DNA of 64,000 nucleotides from Haplodiscus bocki (Eukaryota): NCBI GenBank assembly GCA_965655095.1, contig OZ296652.1, positions 68,076,001 to 68,140,000 of the forward strand, read 5' to 3'. Shown piece by piece: positions 27,201 to 38,352 of this stretch (position 1 is its first letter; each line of letters starts with the position of its first letter). The notes under the pieces were generated by a model. It saw only the letters and a program-made list of their open reading frames with translations, ran no database searches and was not told where the DNA came from. The position numbers and the translations under genes were made by a program.

Positions 27201-28160
27201 TCAACAAAGTCGTTGCACCCTGAGACAAAGGCAATGATTAAAAGCACAAGCAGGACATGGGAGGAATGTTTCTCAAAGTATGTGGATGACAATCAGCAGG
27301 AGTGGAATAGTTACCCTCAGCTGGTAATGATGGCCTACCACTCTTCCGTTCACGCAGTGACAAAATATAACCCTTCCTACGTGGTGCCAGGAACGCTTCT
27401 GAGATTACCAATTGTCTGTATGTACGAGACACGTCAAACAAAACTCTTTCCGAAACCAAGCGATTCCCTATTCAATACGAAGAGAGAAACGCAAAGGGCA
27501 CATCATTTGGTGAGGGCAGAGATTGAAGCAGAACAGACTTGCCACAAAATGTTTAACGATTATCTTGTTTAAGCTTCTACGCACCGTGAAGGAGAGCAAA
27601 TTCTTGTTTCTTTCGAACCGTGAAAAAACGAGAAACAAAAAGATTCACCTTTTTTAAAAGGGAATTTACATTATCGCGAAAACTATTATCGATTTAAAAT
27701 TTGTTGTCTGTTATGACGGAACGCATAAAAAATTAAAAGAGCATTACCACAGATGAAAGAAGTAGAGAAATCGGGAACAATTTTTCGTGTAAATCGAAAA
27801 CGTTGGCAGGCCTCAGCAACAGGAGACGACTTCTTCAGCTGAGAAAATGGATGATGATTTCATCCAATTAAAGCTACAAGAAACAATACTTCCAGGCCAT
27901 GCAATACAAATTGTGAGCTGAGGAGACAAACAATGAAGAAGACACACGCCAAAAAAAAAGAAGAAAAACCCAAATATTGGAACTATTGAAGTATCGGTTA
28001 AAAGCAACAGTCCAACCGTTAGCAAAGGAAAGTGTAAAAAGTTCGGTAACTCAAGCGCAGGTGCAGAAAGTCCCGTTTTGCAAAAATACAGAAGTCAGTG
28101 GCACCGCTTAGAGAAAGAAACACGCGTATCCAACTGGTACCGAAACGATTTCCCGACTCC
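24300..28160 (+). pseudogene. pol: Gypsy pol (protease, RT, RNase H, integrase; decayed)
   Basis: Protease ALADSESSVS. RT SIDLISGFFQL, WKRVAMGLSSARGAFQ and ALDGIIVFG (YLDD position). RNase H LTTDASLTGIGA and FVIATDHQSL. Integrase INIHSDK, HPETKAMI and QLVMMAYHSSVHAVTKYNP. Confidence 0.93.
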
Positions 28161-28199
28161 TTTCTTTATTATGACGACGATGTTTCAGGAAGCAAGTGA

Positions 28200-30000
28200 G
28201 TGGTAACAAAGGACAGAAATCATAAAAAAAGCAAAAAATATGAACATTCTTACGCATTAATTTTGATTGCGTTCGTTTTCACCGGTTTCGCGCTCAGTGG
28301 TGAAACTAAGTCAGTGGTATACGACTTCGAGCAAATCGTAACAATCTCAGTGTTTTGCTTAAGTGACCAACAACAATCTTCTCGAGACTGGACGGCCAAT
28401 ACCAATATAGCTGAGAAAACAACTCTGCTTCCTGAGAGCAATCTTAAAGTAGAGTTAAGACCGTGCAACTACCAGCCCTCATAAACGAAAGAAAAATCAA
28501 GGAAACTAACGTGATCGACAACCTACTTTATTTGCACAATGGGCCAAAAATACTACCAACATTTTAACCGTTACCAATTGAAACCTGCCAGTTGGTATGG
28601 GCTGGGAACAATTTCAAATTACCAGGGTTTGATAAGGAAGAACTTCATCTCACTTCAACCGAAGTCAAGAAAGTGGACCAGCCCAAGACTGAAACGGCTG
28701 AGACTTTTGATTACTACATTTATGAAAGAAAAGGGGCGTGGCATAAAGCACGCTCACCCTGTAGAAAGGATTACACCACTAGGTGCTACTATGCACCAAT
28801 CTGTGTTGATGAATGGGAGAATCACGATAAACAGGCTGTACGCCTCAAAAGAACTTTATTTTTGGAGGACTTTTTCTTCACCTGGCAACACCTGCTTGCG
28901 ATATACCAATGGAAATCCAATTTGCTGAATAGTTGCGAGTATTTTTGCAAATTTGTGGTTTTTTTGACGCGGACCACCACGAAGTGTGTCTGGACGAAAC
29001 TTGTAACAATTAAAGACAACAACGAAGCAAAACAATTCAAGGAGCAAAAAGCAATTTACTAACGGGTTTCGTTTGTTCAAATCGTGATAAGCGTTTTGCC
29101 GTTGAAAGCGACAATACATCTCCCAATATTTGCAATAAAATTCTTTTTTTTTGACATTCGTTCAGACTGGGTATGTCAGTTTCTAATTACTGGATACAGC
29201 CAAAGCAGAATGCAAGACGCCTGACCAGACCATGATCACACAGAGTCGGTTGATACATGTATATGCGCGCGGGTTACAAAGAATGGAAGGTATTTGGATA
29301 GAAACGAGTCTTCAGAACTGTCAAATTGATCAACTAAGAACTCAAATCAAGCTCTCACTCACTTCTTACTTGGACAGTGCAGTATGGGGATTGTGAACGG
29401 AAAATATACATCTCGAGACGGCAGGAGGAGTAATCTACCTTCATAGATTGCAAAAATGGAAGTTACCAATTAAAAAAAATTGCACAGAAGAAGTTCCGGT
29501 CCGATAGGACATATCAAAGAAAAGGTGATGAAGTTCATGAACTCCACCACAAAAATCTTAACAAAAGTATACGTTGGTTGAGTGCAATCTCCTCTATCCT
29601 AACTTGATGAGCCTTTTGATTGGCAAAAGAATTACATTCTGTGGGAAGATTGAGAAGGCCCAATTCAGACCAGTGTCATTCTACAACAAAACCAGACAAG
29701 AATTGACACTCCACCAATTCATCGGTTTGAAATAAAATGGACTGTTCACAGTGAAGACATTTTGAGGAGTAGTCAAGCCAGGGCTCTGGGACTCAGCAGA
29801 ACTATTATCGCGGAGAGAGTGGTACACTGATGTATCCAGGGCCAGCACTCTCACGAGCAATTTTTCATCTAAAGATACCCCGTCCACAGCTCGGTGTCAG
29901 CTGGTCTGTGTTGAAATGTTTGGAAACAGTGGTAAAAGACACAATGTTGCTCTTCACGCTGTACGAGATTTTTTTCCGTACTCGAAAAAGTTGACGAGGA
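28200..30000 (+). pseudogene. env: env-like glycoprotein ORF (decayed), chuvirus/herpes-gB-like motifs
   Basis: Signal-peptide-like ALILIAFVFTGFALS is followed by VVYDFEQIVTISVFCLSD and a Cys-containing ectodomain. Later motifs are TAGGVIYLHR (29418), NCTEEVPV (29478) and KFMNSTTKILT (29531). It lies directly after the integrase. Confidence 0.65.
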
Positions 30001-30560
30001 GATAATTAAAAGAAACTACAAAAAGTTGACTGCTACGACCCATCTTGTGGTAGGAAATTGCGAAAATCAATAGAATACCATGCACCGAGCTTATGAGATT
30101 TTGAACGTTGAGAAAACCAGAGAAAAGTATGATCAATGGGGCCTTGAAGACACCGAGGACGAGCTCTCAGAAAAAAGCAGCTGGAGTCATTAACCAAACT
30201 TTGGGTATTTTCATCCAATAAAAAGCTTGTGCCTGGGAATTACCTACTCTGGTAGAACTCAGGAAGTGTGGACACCTCCAAAAATAAAGTAAAAGGTAGC
30301 TTTCACCTTTAACAAAAACCGTAGATGGGAATCACCTGCTCTTGTTGAATGCAGGAAAAAAAGACACTTTCAAAATCAAAGTAGAAGGTGGATCTCACTT
30401 TTCACCTCCTAGTGAAAACCAGTCGAAATCGTCTGTTTTGTTTTGCTTTACGCGGGTTTTGCGTAACAAATTAAGGCGAGAGATCTATCCCTTGTCGATA
30501 ACAAACTGCAAACAAAACAAAAAGAACCTGGTTTTTTTATGACCTCTCTGTTCTCTAAGT

Positions 30561-31312
30561 ATGCATCCCGAAGTTGGGAACATCGTTTACCACATCACTG
30601 AAGTCTTCGTAGTCAAGTCAGAGATGCAGGCAGGAGTCTTCCGCATTGAGGGTAAACACAGTCTAGACCAAAAGAAGTACAGTTGCTGGCACTCTTTATC
30701 ACTTGTCGTTGGTTGAGAGGGCAGACATGAATGAGGCAGGTCTCGCTTCCACCCGGGAACAGAATGTTGCCTTGATGAATGAGCGTGAAAGCCTGGTATA
30801 TGAACTAGAAGCCCTCCAACAGGGGTTGTCGTCCCTTCAAAGGAAAGCAGAACTGACCATGGGGCAGCTGCGGCTTTGGGTGGACAGAAACCTTCAACGC
30901 CAGCTTACGCTCGACCAAGAGATGAAAAAAAAACTCTAGCCCAACGACAAAGTTGTAGAGTGCAGAATCCAGTTTTACCGCAGCAGTGAAAGAGCTTGTT
31001 GAGGAGAGGGATCGAAGTGAAGCCCAAAGTTTGCTCGACCAGCTGAAAATGCAACCAAGCACCATTGAGACTCTAGATCGTGAGCTGAACATTCAAAACG
31101 TTGCAACCAAAGCCGGCGAGGTTCCAAGTTTGTACCAGCAGCTGATGGTGCCAAACGACGCCCCGATATGTTCAATTACAAGGAGGTTCGGAAAGCTGCG
31201 TCCATTGTGTCACCCAGACCAGGGAGGAACTCAGGAAGAGTTGGTCTGGCTACATCGGGCTCACCGAGTCCTTACTTACCCCGATGCTCCAATTGTTTAT
31301 GAATTCGTGTGA
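30561..31312 (+). pseudogene. ORF4 of the element: coiled coil plus C-terminal DnaJ (J) domain, frameshifted
   Basis: Heptad-rich segment LMNERESLVYELEALQQGLSSLQRK, then SLYQQLMVPNDAPICSITRRFGKLRPLCHPDQGGTQEELVWLHRAHRVLTYPDAPIVYE (31127-31303), which fits the J-domain pattern. HPD is at 31211-31219. Confidence 0.85.
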
Positions 31313-31474
31313 GGCGAAGCTGCAGATAACGTTCTCAGTTTCGAAAACAATCTAGACTCATGAACGTTGTTTTCGCTTCGCCGTCAGCAGAGGATAGATT
31401 TCCTGCTGGCCCACGCTTTGTTCGTGTTTTGGTTATTATGTTGTTTTGGGATGAGGTTAACTTCTCATTTAGCA

Positions 31475-31916
31475 GGCAACAGGATACTAAGAAAATTTTT
31501 TGAAAAAATGAGTGAAACGTCAGTGAAAAGGATTAATTTTCATCGGCCATTATATTTTTATAAAGTGACAGGTTATGAATCTAGGCTGTCGAGTTCGACA
31601 GCTTTTGCAAAGCTACTGTTGGGTTTCGACAATGGGAATATTTCAACTAAACAGCTATCCGTCGGGTTTCGACGGATGAGCTTGGCAAAATCGTAATCTT
31701 ACCAGATAACGCCGATTATCGGTCACCACTTTTGGCTGATCAGGGGTAAATAAGGTAATTGAGGAGTCGGCCATTTGCTTTGTTGCCTGAATTCTTCAAA
31801 TTTTTCAAATTGCTACCTCTCTACCAGAAATAACCCCATTCTTTTCTCAACTTTGATTTGAATTGTCAAGAAGTTCTCCGGAATCTTCATTTGTTTTCCC
31901 AAGTTCTGCGGATCTA
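31475..31916 (+). repeat. 3' LTR (approximate)
   Basis: Direct repeat of ~21976-22423. Confidence 0.8.
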
Positions 31917-32779
31917 TGGTCCCTATTCCTAAAGTTCAGAAAAGTCTCTCGGCCTGATGTATTCGAAGAGCAAATTGCTTCACAGCAATAGTTCATTGCT
32001 AAGTGGATTGGTCGAGGTAAATGAGCTTGGTGCATTCGAACTCTGCAAATTGGCAATGACGTCCATCCTATGTGAGCATAACTCTAATTTTTTGAATTCT
32101 CAACAAAAAAAAACGAAGTATTTGGAAATGCGAGTGCTGCCTCAGGAAGAATTTGCTAAAAGTCCTTCGGAACAGGACTGTAGCGTTAGACAATCCGAAT
32201 GGCTTGCAATGAAGGCGAATGTGATTTATCAATCATGGCTACGACTTTCAAATCTCAGGTTGCTTTTTGCTGCGTCCTTGTTCTTGCTCCTTCGTGGTGC
32301 AGACTAGCAGCTGGAACACTCTTTGTAAAAGAGTGCTGCTACCTAGATCTGCTCGGTGAATCATAAAAACGTGTGAGTACCCATTTAGCAAGTTAGTCAA
32401 TCTTGCTTTTGCTTGAATTAACATTTTGGGATATTTTTTGTGGTCCTGGGATTGGTTTCAACGAAGTTCGGTGAGGTCCTTTCGTCCCAACTAATCTAGA
32501 GGGCACTCAGATCCTTTCAAAAACTCGTTTTTGTATGATGAATCAATTGCAGCTTGATCAATTACATTCACATAAGGAACATTCACATTGACATTACATT
32601 ACTGTTTTGAGTTTGTTTGTCATGTTCAGAATAACTCGAATTCTTCCATGATGACATGAATTCCAAGGTTGCTGGTACTTGCGCGTCAGTCATCTTCAAA
32701 CAGAATATAGAGCGGTCTGGTGGAATGATGCGTACAGACGTAGCTAAAATATGAGCAACGCGTTCACCTCTGATTTCGC

Positions 32780-33318
32780 ATGTGTCTTTGCATCAAGAGC
32801 AGATCTCCACCTACTAAAAAATTTCCAGAAGGTAGTGAAATGGATAACCCGGAATAAGACAATGAGTTATCGGAGCCAACTGAAAATCCTGAACATCCTG
32901 CCGCTACCAATGTTTCTACAGTTGAACGATATGCTGCTCTTATCGAAAATCACAAACGAAGAAATGGGAACCAGCATCAGCCTACCTGAGAGACCCGAAA
33001 TAAGAGGAAGAAGAAGTGAAATCTTCAAACTTTGGAAGACACGAACCGAGAAAGGAAGAAGCGAGTTCGTCTTCAGAAATTGCAGACTCGTCAATCGATT
33101 GGACGACTATATCGACTTCATGAACCCGCAAGGACTGAAGAACAAACTTCTAAAATTAATGTGGAAATTTGTTGATGAAAAATACTCAGAATCAAACGTG
33201 TGCACTTGGCAGCTCTCCTGCGACTGCCCCACGTGCCGCAACAAGTGGACATTATTTTAAAATGACGACTGGGGCACTGAGCCCTGCAGCTAAAGCTGCG
33301 AATTCCCAACAACTACAA
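32780..33318 (+). mobile_element. 5'-truncated CR1/L2-type LINE: ORF2 C-terminus, short 3' UTR and simple-repeat tail
   Basis: LLKNFQK.VKWI...SYRSQLKILNILPLPMFLQLNDMLLLSKI, FVFRNCRLVNRL and a terminal TWQLSCDCPTC. The stop at 33260 is followed by two small hairpins and caacaactacaa. Confidence 0.85.
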
Positions 33319-35347
33319 ATATAGGTTCGGAAAAAGGAGATTAATATCTCTTCTGTTCGACGCCCACGCGCCATAATGGATGCATGAAAAAAATGAGCAG
33401 TGTAATAGTTTAACTCGTTTAACCCTTTAGTGAAGAGTTGGCTTCCACGTGGGGATATATAGAAAAATTCCAGATTCAAATAATGCTACTTTCTGCAGGG
33501 GCTTATAATTAGGCAAATGATTGAGAACTTTTACTGCGCTGCTCTCGGAAATGTTTTGAAAGTACCTATTTTTCAGATCTTCTTGAGAATGGGAGTGACT
33601 ATCTTATTAGGCGTGAAGCATCCAACAGCAACGCATTTTCAATTTCGTCAGGACAGAATTTGCCAACACAATCGAAATTATCCGGTCGACTCTCAAACTC
33701 TTCTGTGGCTGAGGCACATCTGGTTGAGGAACGAACGTTGTCAGAAAAGAGGCATTGAACTCCAAATGGATGACCCAAATTGGTTAGGAGAGATGTACAT
33801 TATCTGTAAGCTTTCGCCAAACTTGCAATATTTGAAAACGATAAAATTGTCAAACTTTAATGTTCAGAATCATATACAAGCAGAGAGGACACATGTTTTG
33901 TTTTCAGCCTTTCGCCATTAAATTGGGAATTTTTGCTGATGTCAATGCAGTTATGAGGCGAGTTGCTGTGTAACATTGGATAAAGATTTTGCAAATGTTT
34001 CTAGCGTATAATTGCTGACAAATTTTTATTTCCTTCGGTTAGCCAATCTATTTTAACCAAGCAAGTTTTCATCAAATTGTTGTTGTGTAAAATGGTTAAC
34101 CACTGGTCCAGAAAACCAAACGGTTAAACCAGTGGTCAACAAGCTGGGAACGGCTTAAGTCGGGGCGGTATATGTGTGTAGCAGAAGCATCAAATCCGTC
34201 AATGCAAGTGGCTGGAAACAAGGGTTCGTTTACACACACCAACTAAAAATCATGTTATCATCTGTGGGCGCATGAGTAAGAATGATCTCCGTGATATAGT
34301 CACTTGTCATCAAAGCTTGACGTTTAATTTGTTGAATGCTTCTTTCAAAGAGCAATATCGTTCTCCGCTGCCTGTTACTCAATGTTAATCTCATCGTTTT
34401 GGTTAAACAAAAGCGCATATATAAACGAGGCATAATTGTTGTCTTCTTTCTGAATTTAGATAAGATTGTGAATCCGCCAGTGATTGCTGCATTACAAATC
34501 CTTCAGACAGTATTCGGATTGAATTCATCCTCATGCCTGTTAATGTTTAGTTATACGTTTGACTTCTTTGATTATCTTAATCCCTTTTAAAATTGCGAGG
34601 TGTTGATTCTACTTCCGCTTACAGTTTGAAAATTTTTGATTTCCAACATCCGTCAACTCAAATTTCCGTGGGTTTTATACATCATGAATGTCAATGCTGA
34701 CCTTGTCAAAGATGCTGAAAATCAAAACCATGTGAGGCTTATTTCGTTACCATATGACAAAGATCTCATATATATACTTTTTACTCATTACCGTTTCCTC
34801 GCTTATAAGGAGAAAATACGCGGTTTGAATGAACGATCGTTCACAGAAACCTTTTTTCCGTCGAAACAAGAATTGTTAGAAAAAGAATATAGGAAAGGTA
34901 AATTTTTGATTCAATACTACCAAATAATTTTTTGTCATGTGTCTGTAATTTTGCTTCGCTTTAGGTCCTATTGCTTTGACTTCGTTTTTTTTCTTGGCAG
35001 AAATTTAGTCACTTGAAGCTTAAAAAATTAATGGCGGAAAAAGCAAGAAGGCGAAAGAAAAATGAAATTCGGAATGATTGAAATTGGGCTGTCTATACTT
35101 ACTTTTTGAGACCTGAATATCTTTCATTCCGAACCATTTTTCCTTAGCTAGTGAACGTCTCTATTAACTTTCGTGTGAATGCAAAGTAATTAAGATCTTT
35201 CCGTGGTGGTGAGTGATTTCAAATATTCGATTTTTTCAAATACAAAGAAGATCGATTGTGTTGTAAAAAGGGAATTGGGTTGTATATTTTTTTGGAAAAC
35301 ATAGTTCAAATACCAACTACTCTCATAATGTTGTAACTTATTTTTAG

Positions 35348-35507
35348 ACTAAATCGAGTGAAAAGGTAAGAACGAGTAAAAGAGAAGCAAGGAGCAAAGG
35401 AGAATCGACAAGCAGGAGAAATGACAAACCGCGATTAGCTTTAGGCAATAAGAGCCGATCTGTTCGTTCGGGATTCTCTCAGAGCCAATCCATACTCAAT
35501 ATAAAAG
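35348..35507 (+). CDS. Candidate upstream exon of the MFS transporter gene
   Basis: tttttag acceptor, 53 open codons (TKSSEKVRTSK...QSILNIK) and an AG|GTATG donor in phase 1, which matches the phase-1 acceptor at 38353. A phase-0 candidate first exon lies at 34684-34731. Confidence 0.4.
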
Positions 35508-36559
35508 GTATGATATCCAAATTAAGAATTCTATCGATTTTACTCAAAAATCTTGACCAAAAAGTTGGCTTTATGTTGCCTTCTACAGCTATCCAAATAG
35601 ATTAATAAATTGTTGCCTCCTCTATTCTCCAAGTTCATAAGAAGAGAAATAAAATTACAGAAATAGCAAATTTGACAGTGGGCAAACTCTTCAATTGGTA
35701 TCTTCTGGTGACCGTTTCTATCACGTTAGCATTCTGTTTCCACATAAAACGGCGGTCGTCAATTCATATTTCTGTAAATATTTTGGACGCATTCAATACC
35801 CAGTTTGGAGAATCATAACACCCAAGAGATTCTTGATGCTTTAGACCAATAATGTGACTGTTTTTTTATAGCATTCACACAGACAATGAGCGAGTTGCAC
35901 TTGATTTGACTAGCCTTGTTCATTGAGTCAATTGTGTTTCAACTGAAGAATTGTTAGGAATTCTCGGGAAAGTAAAGAGTATAGAACTTGTTTGCAAATT
36001 GACGCTCTGATCAAATTAATTTGTTGATTTGTCGGAAGAGAGTTCACATTTCCATCAAAATTTTGATGGTCTAGGAGTGATAAAACTTGCAAAAACTTTT
36101 ACTAGTTTCCCGTTTGTCAAGTGTTTTGGCTTTGATTTTTATGTGGCCTTAGGGGATTATTTTGATGTCGCTAGTTTTTGATTATTCTCTGGGATGAAAT
36201 TACTTAAAAGCGTATCCTAATTCAAGCGAAAGCGCTGGTTTACGAAATCTTTTTGGGTTTTGTGTCATCTTTCTTGACTTCATGAGTTTTCAACCTTATC
36301 ATTGGATGTTTTTATTTGGTTGAACTTTGAAAATTTGGTAATAAACATTAAATTCATGTTTTCTTGTTTTGATTCATATCACTTTTTGTTTTAACGCTAG
36401 TCCCGAGCGGTCCATAATAATACAAGACGAGCGGGTAACACCGGCATATTTCCGTCCTCAAACACTGTTAAAGATGATTTCTTTTGGAAGAAAGTGTTCT
36501 TAAGATTTTGACTGGAAAAGAAGAATCTGAAATGAAATCGGCTGATGCCCAGTTTTTTA

Positions 36560-37100
36560 CCCTGTTCTAAACGTGCATTTTTTGACGTCATCAGAGTCTA
36601 GTCATCTAGTGTGAATGGTCTCTTTTTGGCAGGTATTGGCTCATTTTTGAGTTGTCTATTGTGCGAACTTCTACATTCGGCAGCAAAATAGTGTAGCCTG
36701 GAAAGACGTGATTGACATACAATATTTTTGACTATGGGATTGCGGCAGGTACTTGTTCATTTTCGCTTCTTTACTCCGCAAGCTTCTCAAACATTGAACC
36801 GGAAAATGGCGTAACCTGAAAACGCATGATGGACATATCAACTTTTCGAGTATGAGACCCTGACGCAGGTAATTGTCTCAATTTTACTGCTTCGAAGAAA
36901 CTCTTTATTGACAGCTGGTGTAGGACGCTAAGAGAAAATTAATGATTGTCTTTGAAACGTCATCTTGCAGTAAAAAGCTGTGGATTGAGACCGTTCCAGG
37001 AGTGAAACAGGTAGTGTTGACATTTGAATTTCAATGGGGAGATATGTCAATATTATCTGCACCTTTTGGCATTTTCCAAGTATCAGGATTCACACAGAAG
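36560..37100. repeat. Dispersed repeat family B (also ~45100-46000 and ~59290-59530)
   Basis: tttttgacgtcat.ag...tagtcatcta is shared with 59295. The core catgat.gaca.atcaactt..cga is shared with 45737, 45926 and 59483. Confidence 0.7.
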
Positions 37101-38352
37101 GAAAAAATCGATACTTTTTAAATCGTCATAGTTCTCATATAAAAATCTGCTGATTGAGATCTTGATGGGAGAAGTCAATCCAACTGTTTTTGAGAATGAA
37201 TTTGAATATCGAGATTTGTCAAAGTTAATAGCAGTTTTTGCACTATCAAGATTCCCGCGGAAGGAGCAAAATCTATTATTTTTCTATGGAAAAATTCTCA
37301 GAAAAAAGCTGTCGATTGAACCCTTGATGCAAAAGGTCAAGCTGGTAGTTTCGCGTTTGAAACCGTGATCTGTTATTATTATTAACGTTCTTGGCATTTT
37401 TTGTCTGGTCTCGGATGCAAAAAAGTTCATAAATTTTTCTTTTGGGTAGTCCTCTGGTAAAAAGCTCTCGACTGGGACGAGACGTCGATGAGCCATGTAG
37501 TTTAAGAGAAGAAGAGTTTGCAAAATCAAAACTTTTTGATCTTTTTGGCAATCGGGTACCACAGTACAGGGTGCTCAAGGAAAAAAATGAAGTTTTTTTG
37601 GTTCCTGAAGAAGGAGAATAGCGAATAAAATAATATCAGGAGGACTGAAAAAAGTTCATTTTCTTTTCATGATTAACGTTTTTAAGAAATGCTATTTTTC
37701 TCGGCTTTTTTGAAAATCGATAAAATTGAAAATATTCTTGAAAAACCTTTGAATGCGAACGTGTTAGTTAAGTAGGAAGAGGAGTTTTTGAGAAAGTATT
37801 TTTTTAATCAAAAAATTGATTATTTCCGAAAAAAACTGGTTTTTTTGCGTTGTAGAAATGAGAAATGATTGCAAGAGTCTGAAAATGTATAGAGAGTAGG
37901 ATTGTAGTGGGGTTTTAACCCGGAGCTTTGGTGTCTGAACCTCGTTCATTGCGAATAACCACTACATTAAAGAAAGCAGGTGGGACGTCGATAAACTGAA
38001 GTGAGAAGCTACTTGAGTGAGAAAAGTAACACAATTGGCAAACGAGCGGAGAAAAGAATGAATGAAAAATTTTCCTTTAGGTTATCAAAACTGCATTCTA
38101 TGTGCCCAGGCGAAAATTTTGGGCGAATCATTTTTTTTAAATTTCCGCTGCATGCAGCCAAAAAAGTTTACTTAATGATGGAATTATTTTCCTGTCGTAC
38201 TATATTACGACGGAAAAAGATGAAGTATTCAAGCTTTTTCCTTTTTAACATCGGGACCGATCGAACGTATACGACGCATCCTGAAGTAACAATAAGATGA
38301 GTTCGGGCCAATTCTAACATGATTTGTTGCTCTAATGCGGGATTTTTCGTAG

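Larger units (their letters stand above)
21976..31916 (+). mobile_element. Ty3/Gypsy LTR retroelement, decayed: LTR-gag-PR-RT-RH-INT-env-like-ORF4(J domain)-LTR
   Basis: Direct terminal repeats flank gag/pol motifs in Gypsy order plus two additional 3' ORFs. Outer limits are approximate. Confidence 0.85.

Noticed and set aside
30986-31312. J domain as an exon of a host DNAJ gene
   Set aside because: There is no clear splice structure, it is continuous with a frameshifted upstream coiled-coil frame, and it lies inside the LTR pair.
34965-35080. Terminal exon of a small separate gene (KFSHLKLKK...RND*)
   Set aside because: Splicing from the phase-1 donor at 34897 hits a stop almost immediately, so the phases do not support it.
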